Below are positions 25,805 to 39,249 of a stretch of DNA of 64,000 bases, piece by piece. Under the pieces are notes generated by a model, which did no database searches, had not been told where the DNA came from, and worked only from the letters and a program-made list of their open reading frames with translations. Made by a program: the position numbers and the translations under genes. Origin of the DNA: Felis catus. Taxonomy: Eukaryota. The stretch is taken from positions 74,772,001 to 74,836,000 of the forward strand of contig NC_058376.1 in assembly GCF_018350175.1 (NCBI RefSeq), read 5' to 3'. The stretch's first letter is position 1; every line of letters begins with the position of its first letter.

Positions 25805-27140
25805 NNNNNNNNNNNNNNNNNNNNNNNNNNNNNNNNNNNNNNNNNNNNNNNNNNNNNNNNNNNNNNNNNNNNNNNNNNNNNNNNNNNNNNNNNNNNNNNN
25901 NNNNNNNNNNNNNNNNNNNNNNNNNNNNNNNNNNNNNNNNNNNNNNNNNNNNCATGCTAACAGCGTGGAGCCCAATGGGGGCCTTGAATTCACAAAACGG
26001 TGAGATCATGACCTGCGCGGAAATCAAGATCGGATACTTAACTGACTGAGCCACCCAGGAGCCCCTGAAGTTTTAATTTTAGAATAGTTTTCAATTTACA
26101 GAAAAATTGTGAAAATAGTGCAGACTTCCCATATGCCCCAAACCCAGTTCTTCCTATTGTTAACCTCTTGAGAATTGTACATTTATTACAACTAAGGGAC
26201 TGATATTGACATATTACTATTAAGTAAAGTCTATACTTTATACAGATTATCTTAGTTTTAACCAATGTTCTTTATTTGTTCCAGGAAACCACATTATNNN
26301 NNNNNNNNNNNNNNNNNNNNNNNNNNNNNNNNNNNNNNNNNNNNNNNNNNNNNNNNNNNNNNNNNNNNNNNNNNNNNNNNNNNNNNNNNNNNNNNNNNNN
26401 NNNNNNNNNNNNNNNNNNNNNNNNNNNNNNNNNNGAGGTTTTTCTCATTGTTTAGGGGAGAATTATGAGTTTAGGGGAGAAATATCACAGAGGTAAAGGG
26501 GCATGTTCATCTCATCATGCTGAGGGCGCATACTACCAACCTGATTTGTTACTGTTGATGTTGACCTCCATCACCTGGCTGAGGGAGAGTGTGTCAGGAT
26601 TCTCCACCACTCAGTTACTATTTTTTTCCTCTTTCTATACTGCACTCTTTGGCAGGAAGTCGCTATGTGCAGACTACACATGAGTGGAGAGCTATGTAAC
26701 CCTGCCTGGGGCAGGGGGGCAGTATCTACATAAATTATTTGGATTCTTCTGTGTAGGAGAGGTCTCTCTTCTCCCCTCTTTATTTATTTACTCTATCTTT
26801 TATTGACATCAGTGTGGATTCATGGATATCAATTTTATGCATTGGGTTATAATCCAAATCCAATTTTTATATTTTCTTGCTTAGACTGTTTTGTTTTAGC
26901 TTTGGCCATTGCGGGGGGGGGGGGTGGTATTCAGTTGCTTCAGTACCTTCTTGATATATCTCCACCATTGTTTGGTTTTGTTTTGATTTTGAGCACTTCC
27001 TTACCTTCTAGCACTCGAAGAGTCTCCAGGCTCATCTTGTTTATTTGCTGCTCTAGTCCTAAAATCAGTCATTTTTCCAAGGAAACCTGGATCTTTTTCT
27101 TGGAAAATGGTATTGGAAACAAAGATCTGAGTGCTAGGTT
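25805..27140 (-). mobile_element. Can-SINE (to about 26066) followed by an L1MC-type 3' end fragment
   Basis: Reverse SINE head gagccacccaggagcccc, then ttttagaatagttttcaatttacagaaaaattg...ggtattggaaacaaagatctgagtgctagg. Confidence 0.75.
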
Positions 27141-28861
27141 TATGTTCTCTCATGTACACATCTTGTACACTTCTATTCTTCCAACAGCACTGTGAAGTTA
27201 TTAGACCTGTTTTATAGATGAGCAATCTTTGCAGCCTTGCACAGACTCCCCCACGTAGCTGTAGAGCCTGGCTAATGTCTGGATTTGGGGTGACTACAAA
27301 TTCATGTTCTTTCACTATGCCCAAGAAATAATGGTTAAGTGAAGTGTCCATTACTGTGTGCAATTGCATGAATGATTTTTGCCTTTACTTTTACTATTTT
27401 CTCCAGAGAGAGAAGCTGCTTTTGTCATGGAATCAATTGTTTGCCAAAGCTCTTCGGTGATGCTTCAGGTGCTCCCATTTTTATTGAGCACACGCACCAC
27501 TGCGGACCTAGGATCTCAGACTGCCTTGCCCAGGCTCGTGTGATCAGAGGAAGGGGAGTCACCAGAGGACCCCAGGGAGGCTATGAACAGGACCAGGGCC
27601 AATCGGGTTTGGGAGAGGCAGGGACTGGAGGGGAGAAAAGAAACAGAGCACATTACAGAAATGAAACATTCTGGAAGAAGGAAGCATCCTAGAGCAAAGG
27701 AGAAGGGCTACTGCATGGTAGCAAAATCTCCATTTTTTTGGGCAGTTCGGGAAGTTCAGTGCATCCTTAATGAGGATTCATTTCCTGCCACCAAGTGAAC
27801 TGCACAGCTTCTTTATGTCTTTTCTGTGCAATTGGAATAAAGTTGTATTACATTTCCTTGGGAGTAATATTAACTCCATATCCTTGGGAGTAATATTAAC
27901 TTTTAGCTCATTGGCCCCTTCAGGGAGAATGATATTGTGGAACTCTCCACTTGGTCTGTTGTAGAGGTTAAGTAGACATTAAAGAAGTTATGCTATAGCA
28001 AAATCTATGTTTAATAAAATTATTTTTTTCTGATTATGACATTAGAGTATGTTTATTGTGAAATAATAGATGATACAAATAATTTAATAAAGCAAAGATA
28101 CCACTCAGAGATATTCACTGTTAGGGTTTTGTTCTGCTTCTTTTTTTTTTCTTCTGTTTTTTTTTTTTTCTCCTTGTCTATGCATCCATGCATAATATTG
28201 GGCTTGTGTTGCATATAAAATTTTACATCTTGATTTTCACTTAATATTCCATTACCTTTCCCATGTTATTAAATATTCCTAAAGATATGACATCTGATAG
28301 ATGCATTATCCTCCATAACATTGGATATATTCAGTTAGAGCTATATGCTGTGATGAATTTTTTACATATTCATTTTGAATGTAGCCAAAAGTATTCCCTC
28401 TGGAACAATTTCTAGAAGTGGAATAGATTTCTAGAAGTGGTGAGAATGAAAAGTGTCTACCTCATAGAGTTGATGACAGGAATATGAGGGGAGGTGAGTT
28501 ACCTTACACCAGAGTTTGGTATAGGCAAGCATTCAATGAATGTTGGCGTTGCCATTATAAATATATTCTTCTTGATAAATACTAGCAAATAGTCTTCCAG
28601 AAAACTTTTCATTCTTAACATGAGCATGTTATCAAATACTTTAATAGTAATTGAAATTATTGTAAACCATAACATTAGGCTTTGTGAATGACATCTGGGA
28701 TAAGAGATGGGGTCTTGGCCAAAGGGGTTGAAGAAATTAGCAGTAGATCTCCCAAAGAGACGGTTGGAGGGGTGAGAAAGATCTTGGAAAGGAGTGGTGA
28801 GACAAATATCACCAGTGGATCTAATGGGAGTGAGACCAGGGCTCATGCTGGGATGCTGGGT

Positions 28862-28880
28862 GTGCACATGTAGGTGTGTG

Positions 28881-28924
<44 letters not shown>
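28862..28924. repeat. (GT)n microsatellite
   Basis: Long TG run. Similar runs at about 23935-23961, 38008-38031 and 56854-56890. Confidence 0.95.
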
Positions 28925-28925
<1 letters not shown>

Positions 28926-29818
28926 CATTGTGACATCGGTTTTGGGCTGCATACCCAGGAGCAGTCACAGATTATTGAGGACATAATATAAGCTAAATGG
29001 GGTCACCAGTGCTTTGAGGAGGGAGGCAGGCCAGCTGCTGTCCAGAACATGGAATGTTTAGTTGTAGAGAATGTATAAGCTGGAGACCATCTGTTCTATC
29101 ACAAGGGTTGTGAAGGACAAAGCAAAGAAGAACCTGGAGATTCAAAATTAAAGATAATCACTAAAGTAGTAAATTCTAGTAAATGAAACTGGAATTTAAG
29201 GCAGTAGCAAAAAAGAGTAGGTTAAGAAACAAAGGCAAGTGATTGTTTCCAAAGAACCACGGTCTAAAACACATCTATGTTACCAGGAGGGGAAGGAAGC
29301 ACTTTGACTCGTTCCCATCCTCACCTGCAAGGGCTTGTGGTCTGAAAACTCAAGCATTCCCTCCTAGACTACCCTCACCTCATTACCTCACATATGTTCA
29401 ATCATGACAGCCTCATGACCTGCCTTAACTCTGTGCTGGGCAGTATTAAGTGCTTTACAGTGAAAGATGGGGCAAATAATATCAGTTCTATTGTACAGAT
29501 GAGGAAACTGAGCCTCAAGGCAGAGAAGAGACCCTTGTCAAGGGCACATGATGAAAGAAAAAGAGACAGGAAGTGAATGTGGTTCCCACCTCCTCTTCCA
29601 AAATAATTGACTATTTCATAGCCTTTGATGTGCAAGCTCCCAGCGGCCAGATGCCAGCAGAGTGCCAGCTGGGGAAGGTGACCTGTGCTGGGAGGGAGGT
29701 AGCACAGGAGGGAGAGAAGAAGAAGGCTGGGACACCTTGTGAGTCACCTTGTGAGCTTCTGAGTCCTTCCCATGCCAAGATAATCTGGCTCTGAATTTCT
29801 CTTATTTAAAAGGCTGGG

Positions 29819-30030
29819 TGGGACGCCTGGGTGGCTCAGTCAGTTGAGCATCCACCTCTTGGTTTCAGCTTAGGTCATGATCCCAAGATTTGTGGGATAG
29901 AACCCTGCCTAGGGCTTCATGCTAAAGGAAGGAACCTGCTTGGGATTCTTTCTCCCTCTCTCCCTCTGCCCCCCCCCCCAAAATAAATGAATAAACTTAA
30001 ATGAATCAAATGAATAAAAAATAAAAAAAA
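29819..30030 (+). mobile_element. Can-SINE
   Basis: gggacgcctgggtggctcag head and A-rich tail. Confidence 0.9.
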
Positions 30031-31044
30031 CAAAAGCCTGGGGTTGCCCTTGTTAGACAGTGACACTTGCAGAGGTCGGCTACAATCTTCCTGTTTTCTG
30101 TGATCTCTGATGGCCTTTCAAAGACCCTGGGAAACCCAGGACTGCAGAACTGCCCTCCCTTATGTTAAACTACCCCTTCCAACATTAAGAACTTTGCAGA
30201 AGTCAGAGCACCCAATAGCAACAGCAGTATTTACCTCATACTGACTCTTCTCTCTCCTAGCTTCTTGTCAACTCCAAGATAAGACGTCAAGGAATCTGTT
30301 GTCAATCACACTGACCAGAAGTGGCAAGGCAATAATCGGAGCCCAAGCTATGTGACATCAAGGCTAATACTCTTTTAGTTCATTGACTTATAGTTGAATT
30401 ACAATCAACTGAACATATGTAATGTGCAAAATATGTCAGGGACACACCCGTGAAGACATCGCCACAATCAAGAGGACTGAAGCCCTTGCTCTCAACCAGC
30501 TTCGACTTGTAGTATCAAGCCCATCCTTCTACTGGAAGAGCAGTCAGATATTTGAAGAGACCCACTGTGCTTTTGAAATGTCCTGTTCCTTAAGGTAAGC
30601 ACCATCCTAAGTTTCCGCAAATGCATTTCATAGTACCCAGGGGAGTTTCTTTTATCAGCTTGTTAACCCTCCCATAGGGATTTTGCCTAGGTAATTGGAT
30701 ACTTGGATGATTCTCCAGTCTGTCAAAAGTCATGCAAGCTTTTGTCCTGAAGCCCATAGGCTGGGACCAGGCCTGCAGGGGGCAGCCAGTGGTGCCCAAT
30801 GCAAGCCCTGGGTAGGCAGATGGGCCAGGGTTGGGAGGTCTCCAGGTTAGCAGATTGCTGCTCTGAATGCTCTCGTGCTGGTGGGCTCACACCCTACAAG
30901 TAAGCGATCAATCTGTAGATGTGTTTATTTTAGAAAGACAAATAAAAACATTTGAATTGTCTTTTTCCTCCATTTTCACATATATAGGGAAGACAAAATT
31001 CACAAGTACAGCTTCATGTTCAACTTCTAAATATATATATGTAT

Positions 31045-31423
31045 ATATTTACTTATTTATTGCTTATTTATTTTTGAGAGAGAGAGATACACACATGGAG
31101 CACGAGTGGGGGAGGAGCAGGGAGAGAGGGAGACACAGAATCCGAAGAAGGCTCCAGGCTCCCCTGAATATATATTTAGGCACCCCTAAAATATATATGT
31201 GTGTGTGTGTATGTATTTACATATATATTTTTTAATGTTTTTATTTTATTTTTTGGAGAGAGAGAGAGACCAAGCACGAGCAGGGGAGGAGCAGAGAGCA
31301 AGGGAGACACAGAATCAGAAGCAGGTTCCAGGCTCCAAGCTGTCAGCACAAAGCCCATTGCAGGGCTACAACCTACAAACTGTGAGATTATGATCTGAGC
31401 TGAAGTTGGATGCTTAACTGACT
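31045..31423 (-). mobile_element. Two tandem defective Can-SINEs (internally deleted about 31045-31186; 5'-truncated about 31225-31423)
   Basis: Two reverse SINE 3' halves. The first jumps from caggctcc to ggcacccc and the second lacks its first ~20 nt. Confidence 0.85.
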
Positions 31424-34400
31424 ACTTTCAAATTTTTAGTATCTTTTCTTTAAAAATATTTTTCTAAGTTTTCTGACACTAGGCTGGGCATGTACACGTT
31501 ATCTTACATATCCTTACTACATCCCGTAGAATAGAGTAGTAATATTCCATTTCACAGGTGAAAAACTGAAGCATAGGGTAGGTAAGTAAGCTGGCAACTT
31601 TTCCACTGCTATTAAATGGTAGAGCCATAATATACAGTGTGTGATCTAAGGCTAGATCTGGTTTCAGTGCATCAAGGGTTTGGGGCAGGGGTGTGGCAGA
31701 GGGAAATGGGGATCAGTGACTTAAATCCCAAGTCCAAGGACTCCTTTGATTTAATACCCTTAAATATACCCCATCACCCCCACATACATATGTTTTCTGC
31801 TGTTATAGAAATGGGATAATGTTCTACACAGCATTCTGTAACTTAACCTTGCAGGTATGTATCATAGACAGCTTGCCATGATTATAGACCTAGCTTATTC
31901 TTTTATTCTCCTTTTTTTTTTAAAGTAATGCAAGTATAATATAACCTATAGTTGTCAAACCTTGTGTTTCTTCTCCCAGGGACTCTGGTATGGTAGGTCT
32001 GGGTTTGGACCAAGGTTTGTAGAGTGACTGACAGCCACCACTGTTTTAAAAAACTTCTGCTGTTCTAAGCCGCCTCCTGAAGAGTGGATGAGAAATAAAC
32101 AGAGCAACAAGACACACCACCAGCCAGATACAAGGGCCCTGGGGCCAAAGAGAGACAGAGAGTAAGGGGGAGACGACCAGGCTCAAGTCCCAGTGCAGAG
32201 AGAAGTGTAGTAAGACTCCTGTGGCCAACGCAGAAAAGAGGGTTTCACAGGGACTTGCAAAGGAAGGAAGTGCCAAGACAGGGACAGCTCCCATCCCCCT
32301 CTGAGGGAACGGAGATTAAGCTGGAGGCTGGAGGATTTAGCTCAAAGTTGCATTTGCATGGCAAACGCAGTGTTTACTGGGTTGTTAATTTGAGGTCTTT
32401 GGCAGAGTTAATGGCGGCTTGAGGGAGAGCTCAAAAACCTGAGCCCCCTCAGATGCCACACTAATGGGGGTGGGGGTGTCTGAGTACTAGGGGTGCCTTA
32501 TTTCTGCTTTCCATTCTCTTTTTTCACCAGGAAATAATATTTCCCATTACCCATTTGCTTAGAGCCTTGAAAGACATGTGTAATATGGACAAATCAAAGC
32601 TCTGAACTTCATTAGTCTTCTCCCAAAATGTCATGGGTTGATCTACTTGAGGGTCTCCTATGTTCTGTGCGGCTTCTTACTTGTTGATGAGAGCAATAAG
32701 TAAGCATAAAATGGACATCAGGGAGGAGGGAAACAGAGAGGCTCGATAGCCAGTCCCAGCTTTGTCTCTCTCTTTCCATCTCCAGCTGGGATCCGTTCTT
32801 GATTCCCACCAGGCGGCCAGCCCTGTGTTTGGGTCATTCTGGGGCCAGGGTGGAGGTCCTGAACCCTGCTCAGGCTGGCTCGTCAGTGCTCAGCAATATC
32901 ACACTCCCTACCAGTCTGACCAGAGATGGTGCCCTGATACTTCTAATTGGGCTCCTACTTCATTCCTAAGTCTAGGTTCCAAGTCCCTGTCTGGCCACCC
33001 ATATTTAGCCCAGATCCTTCCTAAAAGTAAGGACTAGTCTTTCTCTTGCCAGGCTCTGACTTGGTATTGGAATCTGGCCTCAGACCCAAAGTCTCTGATT
33101 GGGATTGGCCACTAGAGGATGGACTCCAGGAGCCAGCTTCCTGCTGTCTGGATTTCCAGGTATCACCTGCCCCATGTTCCTCATAGCTGGACTCCAACAG
33201 CTTGTTGGAAATGTTCTACTTCTGTTTTATGTCCCTCCCCCCACTTCCTTGGCCAACTGCTCTCTTGAGCTGTAAGCAAAGATTTACATAAGTTTCAGTT
33301 GCTGGCTAGATTAAACTTCCTTTGTTAGCTCCTGCAATTTCATCAGTTTCCCAAGTGTAGCTTTTTTTTTTTTTTTTAACCCAGTAGGTATGTCCAATGT
33401 CATGTCCCAATCCCTCTCTATCCTGCCCAAGTGATGGGAAACACCCAACATTTCTGTGATATGGCCATAGCCTTATACAACTGGTGGGTCCTTGGAATTT
33501 TCTATTTAAATCAAGCTTTTCAAATGAAATTCTCTTTTAAATATTCTAGAGAAAATGTTTCAAATATCTGACTCTGATTCTTTTACGGAAGGTGGACAGC
33601 AGTATGGTGCTATGTGACGTACATTATACAAAACTTCAGTCCCCGAGTTGAATCCCATCTTTCCTATTGTAACCTTGGACACGTCATTATACAGTCTTCC
33701 TGGAACTTTATCTTCACCCAAGAAACAATGAGGGTCATTTAGTAATGTCTAAGGCTGAATTGTAACAGTCTATAATTCTTAACAGTCTATAATTCTTATA
33801 AGTCTATAATACACTCTAAAATGTATTATTTTCTATATTCAAATTTCTAGCTTAAAAGTTCTTAGAATTAAGTACACTGGCATGACGTTTCTGCCTGGGG
33901 ATTTACTCTTTTGACTTTTTTTTTTTTTTCTAAATAGACTGTCTTTCATGACCTAAAATTATCATCTTAGTTGCCAACCAAGGTAAGCTTCACAGAGGGG
34001 AAGCCGCCTTACCTTTAGAGAGGAATCTTTTAGTTTAGTTTTGGAAATCACAGAATGCACGGGAATGGGGCTTTTCTGAATGTGGATATATGAGCCACCC
34101 CGAACCACCTTAAAGCAGGTCAGACCCCAGTGCTGAGCAGGGAGAATCAGAGACAACGCCTCTGAGAAGTAGAGATAGCCATTAGCGAGCTCTTTTCTTC
34201 TGTAATTAANNNNNNNNNNNNNNNNNNNNNNNNNNNNNNNNNNNNNNNNNNNNNNNNNNNNNNNNNNNNNNNNNNNNNNNNNNNNNNNNNNNNNNNNNNN
34301 NNNNNNNNNNNNNNNNNNNNNNNNNNNNNNNNNNNNNNNNNCTTCAGTTTTCCACATTATGCATTAGTGCAGATTAAGTTAGTTAATAATAACAGTAAAA

Positions 34401-35582
34401 CTTTGAGTTTAGATAAAGTTCTATAGCCAACAGTCTCAAGTATTCTACAAATATCAGATTTGGGTAATGAGGACTAAAGAGGTAGCTTGAGGCAGCTCGT
34501 TGCCAACGATGACAAGGCAGAAAGGCTGCACATGATTGAGGTTCTACTCCATGCTGAGGACACATGACCTTGAACAGTTCTTTGACCCCTTTGTGACTCA
34601 GTTCCTACAGCTCTCAAGTGGGGGCAATAATATTACTCACCTCTGTACTTCACAGAGATGTTGCAAGGAATAATGTTTGTAATATGCTATGGAGTTCTCA
34701 GATGAAAGGTGGAAATTAATATATGATGAAACATTATTACCACTTATCTTCACACCGTCTAAATGGGTTAGGCTAGAGAAGTATCAGCATCCCCACAGCG
34801 CTGGCAGAAACTAGTCCTGCCATTATTTCCATTTAACATCTGTTATATACACCCAAAGAGGTTGAGAATTGCTCAGAGCAGTAGGTATGCTCGTGGGATA
34901 AATGAGAGCAAGCTGAGATACCAGATCAACAAAGAGGTAGCTAATTATTTCTTTTCTTCTCTTTTCTTTTCTTTTCTTTTTTTTCTTTTTCATTCTTATT
35001 TTGAGATGAAATGTTTAAGAGGAAATGAGTGCAGAGGGAGAATCAGAGAATGGCTGAAGCAACTTTTCTTCAGACATTCCTCTCAATTCTAGGTCATCAG
35101 CATATGTGTGTGATTCGTAGTCTCTGAAGGAGCTCTTGTGCAAGAACTCCTCTGTGCCTTTGCTTTCTGTCTCCTTTTCCAGTAATGTTTTCCCTAGCCA
35201 TCTCCATTGATCTAGGCCAGCATAGAGCTCCCTACCTCCACAGAGCCTTCCCGGCTTCATTCTCTACCTGGACTCCCTCTGCCACTCCTTTGTATTTAGC
35301 ACATGTTTTGTAATTTATATTTTAGTGTTGGTCTTGCTTTCCAGCAGACTTCACTCTTCAAAGGTGTATTCTAGTAACCTCTGTTCTTCATCTAGTACAG
35401 GTCTTGGTATACTGAAGTCAATCAAATAAGTATTAAATGAATAAATGGAAACTGTCAGCAAAATGTCACAATTTGAATTCAGACCACACCAAATCCATAT
35501 CTGCTCTTCTCACCATATGTGAGGCACCTGCAGTGCAGAATAGAAATATTGAACAGGCAAACTGGGAAGAGAAAGACTGATC

Positions 35583-36549
35583 TAAACTTTCAACCCCTTT
35601 GGGTATATACCAAGAAACACATATGGTAAGATGCTTAATTTTGTAAGAAACCCCCAAACAAACGAACAAAAAGAAACCCCCAAACTGTCTCCCAAAGTGT
35701 TTGCACCATTTTGCATTCCCACCAGCAATGAATAGGAATTCCTTTTGCTCCACATACTTGTCAGCACTTGGTGTTGTCGGTGATATCAATTTTGGCCATT
35801 TTAATAGATTTGTAGTGATATTTCATTGTTGTTTTAATTTGCACTTCCCTGACAACATTATCAAACGTGTTGAAAACATGTGTCTACACAAAAGTCCTCC
35901 CATGAATGTATGCAGATTTATCCATAATTGCCAAAACTTGGAAACAACCGAGATGTCCTTGGGAGGTGAATGGATAAATAAACCATGGTATATCCAGGCA
36001 GTGAAGTGTTATTCAGCTCTAAAAGGGAATGAGCTATTGAGACGCAAAAAGACGTGGAGGTAACTTACATGTATATTACTAAAGGAAAGAAGTCACTTTA
36101 ATAAGGCAACATGCTGCATGATTCCAATAGTATAACATTCTGGAGAAAGCAAAATGATTGAGATAGTAAAAGAATCGGTAGTTGCTAGGGGTTGGGAGAG
36201 ACATAGGGATGAATATAAGGAGCAGAGAGAATTTTTAGGGCAGTGGAACTAGTCTGTATGATACTGTGATGGTGGATATATATGCCATTATACATCTGTC
36301 AAAACTCATAGGATGTATGACACTAATGTAAATTTTGGATTTGGGGTGAAAATGATGTGTTGAGGTTGGTTCATCAACTGTAACAAATGCATCATTCTGG
36401 GTGTTGACAATAGGGGGGATGGATGTGTATACACAGAAAGTATATGGGAATCTCTGTACCTTCTGCTCAATTTTGGTGTGAACCTAAAACTAGTCTAAAT
36501 AATAAAGTCTATTAAATTATTTTTTAACAAAAAAATTAAACTTTCCAAC
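35583..36549 (+). mobile_element. L1MC1-like 3' fragment with 5' inversion
   Basis: About 35590-35858 is L1 antisense (ttgcattcccaccagcaatg). 35869-36535 is sense 3' UTR ending in aataaagtctatt and an A tail. TSD TAAACTTTC(C)AAC. Confidence 0.85.
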
Positions 36550-38044
36550 AGGGAAATTGAGGATGTCACTTAGAGGGTTCAAGGGAACTCTCCAAAGGCG
36601 TTTAATATCACTTTAGAACCTGCTGATGCAATGATTCCTATAATATTTACACAGGAGCTGATCACAAAAAAATGTGTGTATTTATGAAATCAGTTTGCCT
36701 TCACTTGTGCCATTACCCATTGCATTAAGTCCAGACCCAGGCCTCAAATTCAAGACCTCCCTGGAATGGCCTTGATCTGTATTTTCTGCCACATCTCACT
36801 CTCCTCTTCTTCCGTCACACAGCCTGGCTACAGGAAAGGTGATGAATGCACCCTGGACAAAGCTGTGTGCCTCTCCTTCTGATGGCTCCCCTGCTTCAAA
36901 TTCTTGTTCTGGGAGTGGCCCCACTCCCAGACCAGGCTTCAGCATCTCCACCTGCTAAGACCTTCCTTCCCTGTCTGTTTTCAAGGCCCTTCTCAAATGC
37001 TTCCTCCACACAGAGGCTTTCCTAGCCAAATAAAGGCAACATTCCTTGCAGAACACTTTGTATATAGCACATGAACCTGTATATATACTGGAAGATCACT
37101 GCTCAGAAGTCACGCTGCCATTGGGGCACTGGGATGTTTTACTATTAGAACTCCTGGAGGAACGTGAGGAAACTGTCACTATTTCACAGTCGTCGGTTCT
37201 ACTGGGCCATGTCGTTGGAGATGATTTCCTACAGATTTCCCTGGGTTTCACAAAAATGTTTCGTGTTCTTAGGGACTTCTTTTGCTATTCAAGTTTGGCT
37301 TCAATATTGTTATTGCATGAGTAGATTTGTTGAGTGACATAAGTTTGGGCGAAGGCTTTCCTTGAACTCTTAATCATTTGCACACTCATCCTCACCCACG
37401 GTGGTGCCCGAGTTGCCAAGTGTATTGAGGATCCCAGCCAGGGGCACCAGTGCAAGGATTACCAATTATGGACAAGGGAATGAAACCCTCTTCTCTTACC
37501 TGCACTCTGGCATCAGGATGCTTATCACCACTTTACATACTAACACTCAACCCCCATCAGTTGGTGCAAACTTTGAAATCTCACTGTAATCATCTCTCTC
37601 CTACATATTTGAACGACTGCCTGCTGGAGCTCTAACGGGTTCACTTACCTTTCTGTGAGGTAAGTTTTTTATTGAGATAACTCTCACTCACAAAATCGCT
37701 CTTTAAAGGTGTGCAATTTAGTGAACTTTAGTATATTCACAAAGTTGTGCAGCCAAAAATCACTGTCTAATTCTGGAACATTTTCATCCCCCCCCCCAAA
37801 AAAATCCCATACTCCTTGTATTTTGATCTTGTGGTGAAATGCTAATTTCACTTCTATTCATTTGATGAAATGTGTGCTAATGATATTTGGAAACTCAAAA
37901 CAGTATGCATATATTTTGTAATTCATATTACAATAGCTTAGTATTTTTTATGTTTATCTTGCTGATACTTTATCATTTGATCAAGGTTTTATGTGCATGC
38001 ATGCATACACACACACACACACACACACACACTTTAGTCTTGAT

Positions 38045-38236
38045 CTTTTTTTTAAGTTTGTTTATTTATTTTGACAGAGAGAGAGGCGGAGAGAGAGGAA
38101 GAGAGAGAATCTCAAGCAGGATCCACAGCTGACAACATGCAGAGCCTGATGTGAGGCTCAATCTCATGAACCATAAGATATAACCTGAGCCGAAGTCAAG
38201 AGTCTGACTCAGGCGATTGAGCCACCCAGGCACCCC
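38045..38236 (-). mobile_element. Can-SINE
   Basis: Reverse SINE ending gagccacccaggcacccc. Confidence 0.9.
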
Positions 38237-39249
38237 TAGTCGTGGTCTTGTTAGGGCTACTAGGGTCAAGTTGGGGATATTAGTGCCAAGAGTTGTAGCT
38301 TGAAGGAGTGAGTGGACACGGTGAAGGTAAAAATAACTCTACTTTATTGAACACATACTTCTTCCCTTGTACTGTTCTTCACACAACAGTTTTAGGAAGT
38401 TCTAGTTCAGGTAAGTTCTATTATCATTACCTTTATGTGAGGAAATAAAGGTTTTCTAAAGCTTATGACATGTATTATCCTAAAATGGCAGAACTAGGCC
38501 ATCTTGGTTCACAGCCCAAATTGAAACCCAGGCTCTTCAAGTTCAGGGCACACACCTTTAACCTCTATGTACTACTACCTGCTGTTATATTGGACCTTTA
38601 GTTTAATGGCACCAACAGCACTTGATTAGAGCTGTACAATATGCTCTCCCAAGTCCTCATTCAATGCCTCAAATTACTGGATGAGAAGAGGCAGCTCCTG
38701 TAGGTTAAATAATCACACGGCTCACAGAGCATGGACCAGCAGCTGGGATCCAGGTTTCTCTCCAGAGCCACAGTGGCTGTGTGTTCCCCTACACCATGTT
38801 GAGGCTTCTGACAGCTCTCTCAGACTTCTGGTCCAGCTTTCATAGTAATAAACCGCCTTCTATCATATTTATTTGTACGTTTGAATCCTGACGTCAGTCT
38901 GAGGGTAGCAGATATCACTTGATTTATATGGGCAGTCCCCGTGCTCAGATTATGTATATTGAATGAAGGTGTGGATAAATTAAAAAATTAGTCTTGCCAC
39001 ATAGTCATGTGAATATTTTATTTCTAGACTTCCTCAAGAGTTTAACCACCAATATCTTCGTGAGAGGAGACCACATACAATAGTTTGCTTATACCTTTGT
39101 TCTTTCTCTATGGTTTTCCCAAAAGTAAACTCAATTCCACATACACATTGAGTAGAACATTTTTGCATGCACAAAGAAATGTGATTACAAATAACTTTGG
39201 AAGAGGATTAGTCGTAATTTGTACCTTTTGTAAGCAAAATGAATGAGGA

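Noticed and set aside
33109-33122. CCACTAGAGGATGG as a CTCF site, and AGAGGGGGAGC near 58814
   Set aside because: Each matches only half of the core motif.
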